Origin: Octopus sinensis | Lineage: Eukaryota | Length of the DNA stretch: 64,000 bases | Reading direction: 5' to 3' | Assembly (NCBI RefSeq): GCF_006345805.1 | Contig: NC_043003.1 | Location: 45,508,001-45,572,000, forward strand | Shown: one piece after another, positions 1-12,495 of the stretch | How the letters are laid out: each line of letters opens with the position of its first letter | Position numbering within the stretch: the first letter of the stretch is position 1 | Notes under the pieces: generated by a model | The model's database searches: none | What the model saw: only the letters and a program-made list of their open reading frames with translations | Told to the model about the DNA's origin: nothing | Made by a program: the position numbers and the translations under genes

Positions 1-272
1 AGACTATTGATTTCTTGAACTCTGAAAAGGGCCATAAACTCCTAACAACCATATATCTGCTGTAGAATTTCAGTGATCCAACGCAGCCAGGGCACATCAG
101 TCACATTTTCATGGTTGTCATTCCTGTGGTTAAAGATATTTTATTGAGAGGTTTGAAACCTAGCATTCGCAAAGTGCTAGTCATAGCCTAACGCATACAA
201 AAACCTTGATTTTAATTTACTTCTAAAGTTTAAATTGTTTAAAAATGTATCTGTAAGGGGTCAGGAAGGAAT

Positions 273-274
273 TG

Positions 275-309
<35 letters not shown>

Positions 310-484
310 GCTACTGCTGCTACTACTGCTACTACTACTGCATCTGCTGCTACTACTGCTACTACTCCTACTACTACGTCTACTTCTTCCACTACTACTA
401 TTGCGGTCACTGTAACTACTACTACTAGCATTACTAACTAGTACTGCTACTACTGCCACTACTACTACTACTACTACTACTACT
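273..484. repeat. (ACT)n/(GCT)n trinucleotide microsatellite
   Basis: Direct reading; explains the poly-T/S/V ORFs 223-534 and 235-441. Confidence 0.95.
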
Positions 485-774
485 AATAGTCGACCGGATA
501 TTGTTTTCAAGGACAGCAGGAAACGAATAGCCACCTAATTGATATATCAACTCCCAAAATGTGATAAGATATCTCTAGAAGAAATGGAGCAATTATCCAA
601 ATATAAAGGTCTGGTATTAAAGTTAACCATAATGTGGTGTTTGAAAATAGAAACATACCTAATAATATTAGGTTTCTTATGACTGAATGACCCAAGACCT
701 AACACTTATATATGTACACAGCAAGCAAAAACTTGGGCGCAGCTTATATATTGCATAGAATACCTTCAATGCAA

Positions 775-1290
775 TGAGAACACTTGGTTCTGTGGTTAGA
801 GCGTTCGACTTACAATTGAAATCTTGTGAATTCGATTCCCGGACCGAGTTGTAGGTTATGTTCTGGAGCAAAACACTTTATTTCAACTTGGCAGAAACGT
901 TAGCACGCCGGGCGAAATGCTTAGCAGTATTTCGTCTGCCGTTACGTTCTGAGCTCAAATTCCGCCGCGGTCGACTTTGCCTTTCATCCTTTCGGGGTCG
1001 ATAAATTAAGTACCAGTTACGCACTGGGGTCTATGTAACCGACTTAATCCCTTTGTCTGTCCTTGTTGGACCCCTATATATGTTTACCTCCTCGTGGGCA
1101 ATAAAGAAATAAGAAATGAGTTGCGACGTCACTGGTGCCAAGCTGAATCGGTCTTTGCCATTCTCTTCGACAACATCGACGTCGTGGAGTGGGGGAAGCT
1201 GGTATGCAAGGGCGACTGTTGGTCTTACATAAACATTGCCCGGACAAATACTTCGGTGCAATCTCATGATCATTCGTGACCGAAGGATCT
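775..1290 (+). mobile_element. Old tRNA-derived SINE (family C-related) interrupted by a SINE A copy at about 887-1111
   Basis: tRNA-like head GTGGTTAGAGCGTTCGACT...GAATTCGATTCCC and GAGCAAAACACTTTATTTC segment. The host element appears to resume at GAGTTGCGACGTCACTGG after the nested copy. Confidence 0.65.
887..1111 (+). mobile_element. SINE family A (tRNA-derived, tail-1)
   Basis: TGGCAGAAACGTTAGCACGCCGGGCG head, B-box-like GAGCTCAAATTCC, central GACTTTGCCTTTCATCCTTTCGGGGTCGATAAA and tail ...GGGCAATAAAGAAATA; more than 20 related copies in the window. Confidence 0.9.
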
Positions 1291-1664
1291 TTTTTTTTTT
1301 TTCTTTTTTTTAGCTCCAGTGCATTAGAACATACAAAAGCTGAACGACACACTGTATATACCCCCAGCCCCCCCCAGCAGAGCTGCGATCGGTAATAGAG
1401 TGAAAGCACGCAAAGAAATAAAAATAAAATTTCTGGATGTAATGGTTTCATATAAGGTGGGGGTAAGTCCAGATATTTAGTGTAGAGGAACAGTTGATTA
1501 CACGATCTCAATACTTGACTTTATTTTATCGACCCCGGAAAAGATGAAAGGCAAAAGTGACGTCAGTGGGTCTTGAACTCAGAGCGCAAAAAGCGGGAAG
1601 CGTTGCTGTTAAGTATTTTGTCTGATGCGATTCTTCCAGCTTGCCACTTTAATACTACAACATT

Positions 1665-1665
1665 A

Positions 1666-1719
<54 letters not shown>

Positions 1720-1950
1720 GCTACTACTACTACCACTACTACTACTACTACGACACTACAACTAATAATAATAATGTTGATGATGATGGTTTCTTTTATT
1801 GGCCACAGGAGCCCAAGACATTGAATAGAATATAAAAGGATGAAATACAACACACTATAATAATAATAATAATAACGATAACGGTGACGATGATGATGAT
1901 GATGGTTGTGGTGGTGGTGACTGTGGTGGTGGTGGTGGTGGTGGTGGTGT
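1665..1950. repeat. Compound (ACT)n/(ATA)n/(ATG)n/(GTG)n microsatellites
   Basis: Direct reading. Confidence 0.9.
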
Positions 1951-2321
1951 GGTGAACATTTTGAAGCCATCAGGCCTCACATTTGTTAAGAAAGGATTAT
2001 AATCGATTTTATTGAACGCTGTACTTTGACGAGTATTTATTTTATTGATCTCGGAACGATGAAAGACTATATAGTAAGCCTTAACACAAAACTCTAAAAG
2101 AAATGAGACGTGAATAATTACCGCGAGTATTTTTGTTTTCTAAAAGACGTAAAAAAAAAATCCCATTTTTATAGTTCTGTTCTAATAAAGTCATTTTAAT
2201 TACACGTTTAACTTGCAGCCTTGTGGTGCCAATTAAAACATTGCACTCGTTTTAACTAGCTCCATATATTACACAATTTTATTTCGAATCAGCTTTTAAT
2301 TGAGCTTTTTTTATATTTCAT

Positions 2322-2391
2322 GTGTGTATATATATATATATATATACATACATATATACATACATACATACAACATACATACATACATACA

Positions 2392-2461
<70 letters not shown>

Positions 2462-2462
2462 G

Positions 2463-2528
<66 letters not shown>

Positions 2529-2550
2529 TATATATATATAATATATATAT
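2322..2550. repeat. (TA)n/(TACA)n microsatellite
   Basis: Direct reading. Confidence 0.95.
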
Positions 2551-3094
2551 TGTAGTGGATGACGTGTCATGTTACGTATATTAATTAGGCCGGTGTTAGT
2601 TCAGGCGAAATATCAAGATTACGCATGCGCCTTTACGTTGTCATTCGACTTGTTGGAAATAGTAATCGAAATTCACTCAAACTATATCCTACTTTAATGT
2701 CTTAAGAAAGGGGAGGCTGACAAAGTTGAGAGTAGGATATGATGGTCATGACGGGAACGACTTTGATAATAGGACTGCACAGTCGGAATGGCCTTTATAA
2801 TAAACAAATACTATTAGTGGTTAAGGTGTCAGATTTATGATCTTATGAGTGTTGTCTCGATTCCTGGAACGGGTGACGCGTTGTGTTCTTGAACAAAACA
2901 CTTCATTTCACATTGCTCCAATCCACTCAGCTGGCAAATATGAGTAACACTGCGATGGACTGACAGCTGGGGAACACACACTCCATAGAAACCGGGAAAC
3001 CGGGCCCATGAACCTGACTAGGCTTTAAAAGGGCGCATTTTTTACTATTATTTATTCTCAATCACTACAGGAATAACGGCTTCAAATGACTTGA

Positions 3095-4200
3095 AATTTT
3101 GGTACAAAGCCAGCAATTTTAAGAGAAGCGGGTTAGTCTATTACAAAGTCCCAAGTGTTTAACTGGTACTTGTTTCATCGACTCCGAAAGGATGAAAGGC
3201 AAATGTAACTTTACCGGCAATTGAAATTAGAATGTGAAGTCGGAAGAAATACCACAAGGCATTTTTTCCGATACTCTAGCGAGTCTGCCAGCTTGTCACC
3301 TTAACCACGACTCTAATAACAGTAACATGAATAATTTCTCGTAAACTAACAAGGCCAAAATTTTGTAGGATTTAGTCGATTACATCAACACCAGTATTTG
3401 ATTGGTACTTCATTTCTCTGCCTCGAAATGATGCCATTCAAGGTTGACATCGGTGAGATTTGAATACTCGAAGTCTTTTTATCAGGTACTCTAGCGATTA
3501 TGCTAAACTATAATCCTGGCTAAAATAATATTTATTTGTAATATAGATTACTGAGTTGAGGCGCAATGGCCCAGTGGTTAGGGCAGCGGACTCGCGGTCG
3601 GAGGATCCCGGTTTCGATTCCCAGTCCGGCCGTTGTGTGTGTTTATTGAGCGAAAACATCTAAAGCTCCACGATGTTCCGACAGGGGGTGGTGGCGACCC
3701 TTGTTGTACTCATGCGCCACAGAAGCCGGGAAACCGGGCCCATGAGCCTGGCTAGGCTTGAAAAGGGCACGTAAATAATTGATTACAGAACCAGAAACTT
3801 CAAGAGGTGAGTTAGCTGATAAAATTAACACTAGTATTTGATTAGTAACTTATTTCCTCGACCCTGCTGGAACGAAAGCCAAAACTGACCTTGGTGGTAT
3901 CTCAACTGCCAGCACGAAGTTATTTTCTGCGATGCTTTAAGGATACGATCACTCCACCACAATTACCCTACACACACCGTTCGGTAATAAAGATTCTTGC
4001 TTTCAACTCAAAACCAGTACTTTTAAAGGAAGATGATTAGACACCAGTACATCACTGGTACTCTATGTTATCGACCGCAGGGTGTAGGGATGAAAACCAA
4101 AGTTGACTTCGACAAGTTTAACAACTTAATGTAAAGAACCGGAAGAAATACTGCCAGGGAACTTTTCTAACGCTCTAACGATTCTGCCAATACACCGCCC
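3095..4200 (-). mobile_element. Cluster of about 4 diverged SINE A copies (about 3095-3303, 3350-3510, 3800-3960, 4000-4200)
   Basis: Repeated degenerate versions of TGGTACTT...ATCGAC.CCGAAAGGATGAAAGGCAAA...CTAACGATTCTGCCA. Confidence 0.7.
3558..3779 (+). mobile_element. SINE family C (tRNA-like head)
   Basis: GGCGCAATGGCCCAGTGGTTAGGGCAGCGGACTCGCGGTCG...GGTTTCGATTCCC (A- and B-box); same head at 48567 and 55534. Confidence 0.85.
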
Positions 4201-4822
4201 ACAGCATCAATAATAATAATAACAAGAACATATCAAAATTAAGTATATACATATGACAAGGGTTGGTAGAGAGAAATTAGTAGTAAGCAATAACTAGATG
4301 GAGTTTGCCACACGGTTTCAATCAACTCTTAGTTGAATGATGTTGTTACACTTCACTTGCTCTGCTAATGTACAGAACTTACAACATGCCATAAAATAAT
4401 GTGGCTACTCGCCTAGCAGAAAAAAAAGTCAACAAAAAATACTAAATACTCTCCGTAATGCACATGCACACAAATACACATAGATGCAGATGCAAGTACT
4501 AACGCACATATTTATTTATATATAAATGCGTAAAAAAAAAAAATTCGACATGAATGTATATATGTGTATATTTGCATAATATATATGTAAATATAGACTG
4601 CATATATTTTCAACATTTTACATACGGAAACGATTATGCCTGGTATCAAAAAACACGCTGAAGATTAGTCACTGAAGTATAAGGTGGGTTAGAGGTACGA
4701 ATCAAAAATAATATGCGTTTCGCCAAACACGCACAGACGCTCACATACACACATGTACAAATAAATAATTTCATGCACACATGAGTACATTCGTAGATAG
4801 ACATACACACACACGTACATAC

Positions 4823-4921
<99 letters not shown>

Positions 4922-5784
4922 GTACGCACGCTGCGCCATGCCACTGTATTGATCACATTGTATAATTTTGTACTAAACAGCGTGAGTACAAGTAAAATAT
5001 TTAGAAGAAAAATAGAGTGTGTGTACAAGCGTATTTGTGCGTGTGTAGAATGCAATAATGCAATAGAAATACTATCGTATAAAGATACACACACACACAC
5101 ATACAGAAATACACGTAGATATCGAAATATATTTATGTATTCTACATGTATTTTTTTGTACATACATGCATTCATATATACGTTTATAAATACGTACATA
5201 CATTCGTACATACATACTTACACGCACACAGACATACATACATGCATACATGCATACATACATACATACATGACAGCGAAAGCAGGGGAGAAAGAGAGAA
5301 ACAGCGGGAGAAAGAGATGAAAGGAGTCAATGAAGTGAAACGGTCCAATACTCTGCGATCATTCGACTCTGAAGAATGCTACGATGAGTGAGTCATAATC
5401 AAAAGCTGATCCAGGGACATTTAGGGAGATGAGAGGGGAGATCGGTGACAGAGAAGGGAAAGGGGCCGCTATTATTTATGTCCAATGAAATGTTTTAAAT
5501 GGCAAACATTCCTATAGGAAAAATGACATAGAACTCTTTTGAACAGAATACAAGAGCGAATTTTGTCATCGAGTACAGTCAATTGGATGTGACCTCGATG
5601 TGTTGGTGGCATTTATCTTAGGACTCTAGAGAAATGAAAATTCAAATGTGGCGACAAGATTTGAACTTAGATAATATCGACTGCAGTTGAAAGAGTGAAA
5701 AGTATCTTAATCAAGACTTTCTTGACACATGTGTGTCTCTATTGAATATGAATATATAATATTTATATATGTACATATAGCTCG

Positions 5785-5920
<136 letters not shown>

Positions 5921-6140
5921 GTACATTTAGAGAAGTTACAGTCAGAATAAGACCATGCCTAACTTTATAGCAGCACGAAGAGAAGGCATTTAATGATGTT
6001 TCATATTACAGTTATTCTTTGGGTACTATAGCCCATTCGAGAAAAGAGTTATTGTTTGTAATATATCCGCACACACATACACACTCACATACATACGTAC
6101 ATACATATATACATACATACACATATACATACATATATAT

Positions 6141-6358
6141 ATATTGTTGTATTTCTGAATGGTCATTTTGCCAGTTTAGCCAATAAAAACACACGCACTA
6201 TATATTTGGTGTTACTTTGCTTCAGTGTTATTTATTTTTTACATTAATCTTAATCTTATTTCGGCCACTGAAGCAAAGTAACACCAAATATATAGTGCGT
6301 GTGTTTGTGTTTTTATTGGCTAAATTGGCAAAATGACCATTCCGAAATACGACAATAT
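6141..6358. repeat. Long inverted repeat (about 87-bp arms, 38-bp loop), MITE/foldback-like
   Basis: 6141-6227 is the near-perfect reverse complement of 6266-6358, with a 6-nt insertion in the right arm. Confidence 0.9.
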
Positions 6359-6434
6359 CTGTTTCAACACACGATTTCACATAAAAAATCTTGCACATCA
6401 AATATATAAACGTAGCATATATATATATATATAG

Positions 6435-6472
<38 letters not shown>

Positions 6473-6480
6473 GTGTGTGT

Positions 6481-7686
6481 ACACTCACACATGTATAAAT
6501 ATAGGTATGTATACTTATATATGTGTGTGATAGTGTGTGTGTGCGCGCGGTAATAGAAAAATGTGTGTAATTTTTTTTAAATGTGATATAGGTCTTTCAG
6601 AATTATATGCTAGCTGGATATCATTTACCCATAAAAACTCTTCTTCTTGGCCCGCATTACAGGCGGTTTACGGGTTCCAAGCGGAAGCAGTGTGCCGGCA
6701 TTAAGTTAGTAACGAAGCAGGGATGCAGGCTGCCCCGATATGACAGATAGTTTTTTTTTTGTGTGTGTGTGTGTGTGTACGACACTGATGACAAGAGCAA
6801 GGGGCACAGCAGATAACTGAAGTTTGAAGAACTGGGAAACTAACATTGCACATAAATCTCACAGTCGGATAGCATGCATACCAACCACGGTGAGTGAATG
6901 CGTTGATTCCCATGAAAGGAAGACACATAATCTATTCCGTTCTGGGTCAAATAAAACAACATTGGCTACTGAATCACACTTTGAAAAGTCGCACGTTAAA
7001 TCCAGCTATTACTGACTAGCCAACATCGCCTCCAAGAGAACACAAGCGAGCATACCCCTAGGGACATGCCACAGTAAAAGGAACTTGTACTTTTGCTGTA
7101 ATATGGTATATAATTTATCATTCGAATGCCATTTTATTTTAACTAACTGTACTTAGATGGTATTATATTCTTATCACCTTCTTCTCATGCATCGATTAAA
7201 CTTTCAGATGTTGTTATACACCGGTGGTCACAATGCGTTTCTAATTCTACCTTGAGTGCGCCATACTTTAATGTTTTTACTCAAATTAGTAATCGTCTTT
7301 CCATTGTTGTGGGGGCCTTCCGAGTAGGCTTTTCTGATCCGTTGGATAATATTCCAGCTGTTTTATGCGGAACTTGTAACATATCCGGCTCAGTGGAACT
7401 TATGCTTTTGGTATTGTCCATTCACTATATTTTTAAAGGAAATTTTGAAATGTTTTCACTTTCTTAGCTATCTATGAAACGTTTTTCACAAAAAATGTTT
7501 TCATAGGCGCAGGAGTGGCTGTGAGGTAAGTAGCTTGCTTACCAACCGTATGATTCCGGGTTCAGTCCCACTGCGTGACATCTCAGGCAAGTGTCTTCTA
7601 CTATAGCCTCGGGCCGACCAAAGCCTTGTGAGTGGATTTGGTAGACGGAAACTGAAAGAAGCCCGTCGTATATATGTATATATATA

Positions 7687-7750
<64 letters not shown>

Positions 7751-8939
7751 ACTCACACATGTATAAATATAGGTATGTATACTTATATATGTGTGTGATA
7801 GTGTGTGTGTGCGCGCGGTAATAGAAAAATGTGTGTAATTTTTTTTAAATGTGATATAGGTCTTTCAGAATTTATATGCTAGCTGGATATCATTTACCCA
7901 TAAAAACTCTTCTTCTTGGCCCGCATTACAGGCGGTTTACGGGTTCCAAGCGGAAGCAGTGTGCCGGCATTAAGTTAGTAACGAAGCAGGGATGCAGGCT
8001 GCCCCGATATGACAGATAGTTTTTTTTTTGTGTGTGTGTGTGTGTGTGTACGACACTGATGACAAGAGCAAGGGGCACAGCAGATAACTGAAGTTTGAAG
8101 AACTGGGAAACTAACATTGCACATAAATCTCACAGTCGGATAGCATGCATACCAACCACGGTGAGTGAATGCGTTGATTCCCATGAAAGGAAGACACATA
8201 ATCTATTCCGTTCTGGGTCAAATAAAACAACATTGGCTACTGAATCACACTTTGAAAAGTCGCACGTTAAATCCAGCTATTACTGACTAGCCAACATCGC
8301 CTCCAAGAGAACACAAGCGAGCATACCCCTAGGGACATGCCACAGTAAAAGGAACTTGTACTTTTGCTGTAATATGGTATATAATTTATCATTCGAATGC
8401 CATTTTATTTTAACTAACTGTACTTAGATGGTATTATATTCTTATCACCTTCTTCTCATGCATCGATTAAACTTTCAGATGTTGTTATACACCGGTGGTC
8501 ACAATGCGTTTCTAATTCTACCTTGAGTGCGCCATACTTTAATGTTTTACTCAAATAGTAATCGTCTTTCCATTGTTGTGGGGGCCTTCCGAGTAGGCTT
8601 TTCTGATCCGTTGGATAATATTCCAGCTGTTTTATGCGGAACTTGTAACATATCCGGCTCAGTGGAACTTATGCTTTTGGTATTGTCCATTCACTATATT
8701 TTTAAAGGAAATTTTGAAATGTTTTCACTTTCTTAGCTATCTATGAAACGTTTTTCACAAAAAATGTTTTCATAGGCGCAGGAGTGGCTGTGAGGTAAGT
8801 AGCTTGCTTACCAACCGTATGATTCCGGGTTCAGTCCCACTGCGTGACATCTCAGGCAAGTGTCTTCTACTATAGCCTCGGGCCGACCAAAGCCTTGTGA
8901 GTGGATTTGGTAGACGGAAACTGAAAGAAGCCCGTCGTA
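6481..8939. repeat. Tandem direct duplication, period about 1268 bp (6481-7670 and 7749-8939)
   Basis: Copies are essentially identical (e.g. identical ORFs at 6824 and 8095); the junctions lie in (TA)n(TG)n tracts. Confidence 0.95.
7505..7745 (+). mobile_element. SINE family B, 5' half only (cut at the duplication junction)
   Basis: GGCGCAGGAGTGGCTGTG.GGTAAGTAGCTTGC...GGGTTCAGTCCC...GAAGCCCGTCG, then microsatellite. Confidence 0.9.
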
Positions 8940-9019
<80 letters not shown>

Positions 9020-9247
9020 TCTGTGTGTGTGTGTGTGTGTGTGTTTGTGTGTCTGTAGTTGTCCCCCCAACATCACTTGACGGTGTGTTTGCGTCCCCGT
9101 AACTTAGCGGTTCGGCAAAAAGAGACAGATAGAATAAGTACTAGGTTTAAAAAGAATAAGCTCTGGGGGCCGATTTGCTCGACTAAAGGCGGTGCTCCAA
9201 CATGGCCGCACTCAAATGACTGAAACAAGTAAAAGAGTAAAAGAGAG
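8774..9247 (+). mobile_element. SINE family B, full length, with internal (TA)n(TG)n
   Basis: tRNA-like head, GGCAAGTGTCTTCTACTATAGCC segment, internal microsatellite, 3' part ending ACTGAAACAAGTAAAAGAG. Confidence 0.9.
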
Positions 9248-9380
9248 AGTATTATAATTGCGAAGTAATTAATCGTCATAACTGCTAATTGAGTCATTTC
9301 CGAAAGCTAATTTTGAATTATAAATCTAAGGATTTGACAAAGAAAAATTTCTTAACGTTATCCTTAATATTTAGACTGTT

Positions 9381-9593
9381 TAAGGTGGCCAGTTGGCAGA
9401 ATTGTTGGCATGCCGGACAAAACGACTAGCAGTATTTCGTCCGTTTTTACGTTTTGAGCTCAAATCTACCGAGGATGACTTTGTCGTTCATATTTTCGGG
9501 GTCAATAAAATAAGTACCAGATAATCACTGGGGTCAATGAAATTGAATTACCTTGCCCCCGAAATTGCTGGTCTAGTGTCAAAATTTTAAATC
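9381..9593 (+). mobile_element. SINE A (tail-2) with perfect 15-bp TSD
   Basis: AATATTTAGACTGTT at 9366-9380 and 9594-9608. Confidence 0.85.
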
Positions 9594-10084
9594 AATATTT
9601 AGACTGTTATTGTTAAGCATCGTCATTAGCACCGAAGGAATTATATCAAGAGTTAAAATTTTCTTAAGACTCTCTTTGTCATCCTTCTGCTGAGGTAGCA
9701 TATGTTTCTATATATGTTTTTATGACGGCTGGATTACCAAACATTCGTTTACTTCCTAAGAATGGTAAAACAACATCATATTGAACAATTTTTTTATGAA
9801 ACTTTCCATTGACACATTTTATCGAAACAAATTTATACTGAAATGACTATAAATCAAATTATATTGAATAAATTTCCAAACATAATATTTTGGAGAATAC
9901 ACACACACTATATATATATATATATTATATATATATATATATTATATATATATAAATATTATATTATACATATATAAATGCGTATATATCTACATACATA
10001 CATACGTACGTACGTAGATACATACATACATAAATACATGTGTAAATGAATATATGTGCGTATGTATGCATGTATGTATTTATT

Positions 10085-10270
10085 TATTGCCGGTTGCTCC
10101 ACCCCGTCACAAGAGTGTCATTACTTCATTGAACCTTGCACAACCATGTGCACACAGATGGCTTTTCATCCCAGTTTCCGTTCTGCCAGCACGTTCACAG
10201 ATGTAACACTTGAACTGTCTGTCTCCTGGCATCACCGGAAGAATTATGACCTCGTGTACTTTACCATGAT
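10085..10270 (-). mobile_element. 3' end of an RTE-like LINE encoding a C2H2 zinc finger
   Basis: Minus-strand translation FKCYICERAGRTETGMKSHLCAH (C-x2-C-x12-H-x3-H, 10208-10146), stop at 10109-10107, then a short UTR and a (TACA)n-type tail; resembles the RTE ORF C-terminus. Confidence 0.65.
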
Positions 10271-11129
10271 ATGATTTTGTGTTTGTTGTTTAATATAATT
10301 TTGTGAACTTGAACATGAAAACCACATGAGCCAATCTGACAGGGTCCAAAATTCTCTAGATTGTGCGTTTGTTTGATATTTATTACTTTTCTCTACGACA
10401 GAGGTTTGCGTTGGGATGCGTTAGTTTTGAGTAAGTGAGGTAAACGTCAATTAATTTATAATAGCTTTCTATACGTTAACATCAGGGCTATCAGCCATAG
10501 CACATACTGGAGATATAACAAGTATTCGACATATAAAAATCCAATGTCTATTGACTGGGATATACTTGAAATCAACCAAATGAACAAATTCCCGCTCCAG
10601 ATCCGGCAGGCAAAAAAAAGCGGGGGAAGCAGTATCTAGAATGCCGTCTTGTGCTCAATCGCGGATGTATAAGCATCAACTCTGCAGTTATTATTCAAGA
10701 TATGATACAGATTATTCCACTAGAAAGTGGTGGTAGTCAAACAAAACTACAGCCATGTTTAATTCAACTAATCTGCAAATATCCTGAATGTGACAGTTAT
10801 ACAGTTGCACTATATATAACAATCGATGTAGAATTTGCATTAGAAGAGGAATGAGACAATGGGCTTAAGTGATATATGCTTCCATGATAACACTAAATAT
10901 GCTGTACCCATATCACTGGTATGCCATACGAGGGAAACTAAATCACCCATTCCGTCCTCAGACTCGGTCGCCTACTTGTGAAAGTTTTAATAAGCAGTTA
11001 GTCTCCTATACCAAGGATACAGTCAAGACCTCGGCAGCAAAGCGTTGAGTAACCAACGACGCCGATAAGCCCTAAACCAACAGCTTGAAGATTATTGCAA
11101 CCCAGTGGAATATCTGTACAATGGATGGG

Positions 11130-11226
11130 GGCCAACTAATAAGTGAGCGGATTTGGTAGACCGAAATAGAAGGAAGCCGGTCGTCACTATGTATGTATGA
11201 ATGTATGTATATATATATATATATAT

Positions 11227-11299
<73 letters not shown>

Positions 11300-11318
11300 T
11301 GTGTGTGTGTGTGTGTGG

Positions 11319-11349
<31 letters not shown>

Positions 11350-11450
11350 TGTGCCTTTGCTTCTGTGTTTGTTCCTCACTACTGCTTACAACCAGTGTTG
11401 GTGTGTTTAAGTCTCCGTTGCCTAGCGGTTCGGCAAAAGAGACACCTAGT
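11130..11450 (+). mobile_element. SINE B, partial and diverged
   Basis: GTGAGCGGATTTGGTAGAC...microsatellite...AGCGGTTCGGCAAAAGAGAC. Confidence 0.8.
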
Positions 11451-11504
11451 ATACGTTCTGTGGGTGATTCAATCGGCCACAGTCTAATAATGAAACCATT
11501 AAAA

Positions 11505-11770
11505 GGATAAAAGATATTTGTTTTCCATTTCGCTCAGTGCAATTATCCCAAAATTCTGGCGTTATTACTGCAAAGTCGATTCACTGAAAATCTAGAAATC
11601 AAGTTTTAGATAAAAACCCTTTTAAATTCTAGTGCTTGTGTCTCCCGTCGGTCGGTGTACGAACATTCGAGAAACTTAAGCAACGAAAATGAACATCTGT
11701 TTGAAGCTTTCATAAACTACTTTGGAACTACGTGGATTGGGTCTATACGACATGGTTATCATGCTGTTAG
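11505..11770 (+). pseudogene. MULE/Mutator-like transposase fragment
   Basis: One frame, 11523-11741: FHFAQCNYPKI...KF*IKTLL...EAFINYFGTTWIG, matching the MULE (GC)xFHxxQ and YFExTWIG motifs; one in-frame stop. Confidence 0.65.
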
Positions 11771-11877
11771 TGACGAAAAAAGTGATTTTGCAATCTTTAG
11801 CATATAATTCATGAAGCAAACACAGGAAAAAAATTTTTAAGTCCTCTTACGGATCTTGAGCGTTAAATTTGGGGATG

Positions 11878-11935
<58 letters not shown>

Positions 11936-12015
11936 TAATGGTGTCAATGAGACCCAAAAGTGTCAGGTAATGTTGAATAAGTGCTATAGACAGATATATA
12001 TATATATATATAGAC

Positions 12016-12078
<63 letters not shown>

Positions 12079-12317
12079 CTGCTTATAATTCATTATATAC
12101 TTACAGACATTCTAGATATATATATCTGACGAGCAAGCTCTGCTTTTGAGATTGAAATACTTTTTGAAGCGGAAGAGAAATACCAGTCTTTCAGATAATG
12201 TATATATTGTAAAATACCCCCGATGCACCGGTAACAAATATTTTAAAGGACTGTTCGTATTGCAAGAGAGTGAACTGTTAAACTTTTGCCTCAAAATGCC
12301 AGTTATTGATATACTCC

Positions 12318-12495
12318 TTTCTACTAAAGATAAAAAGCCTGAAATTTGTGGGGAGGGGACTAGTCGATTACTTCGACCCCCGTGTTACACTAGCACTTAA
12401 TTTATTGACCCCGAAAGGATTAAAAGCAGAATTTGAACTTTGAACGTGAAGATGGACGAAATACTGTCAAGAATTTTGCCCGGCCTGCCACTATT
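12318..12495 (-). mobile_element. SINE A (tail-2), diverged
   Basis: GCCTGAAATTTGTGGGGAGGGG...GACCCCGAAAGGAT...GACGAAATAC. Confidence 0.75.

Noticed and set aside
40-130. Possible minus-strand exon NDNHENVTDVPWLRWITEILQQIYG
   Set aside because: Weak splice signals, an in-frame stop follows, and no recognisable homology.
3558-3630. tRNA gene
   Set aside because: The tRNA-like A/B boxes run into SINE body sequence and recur in dispersed copies; no proper acceptor stem.
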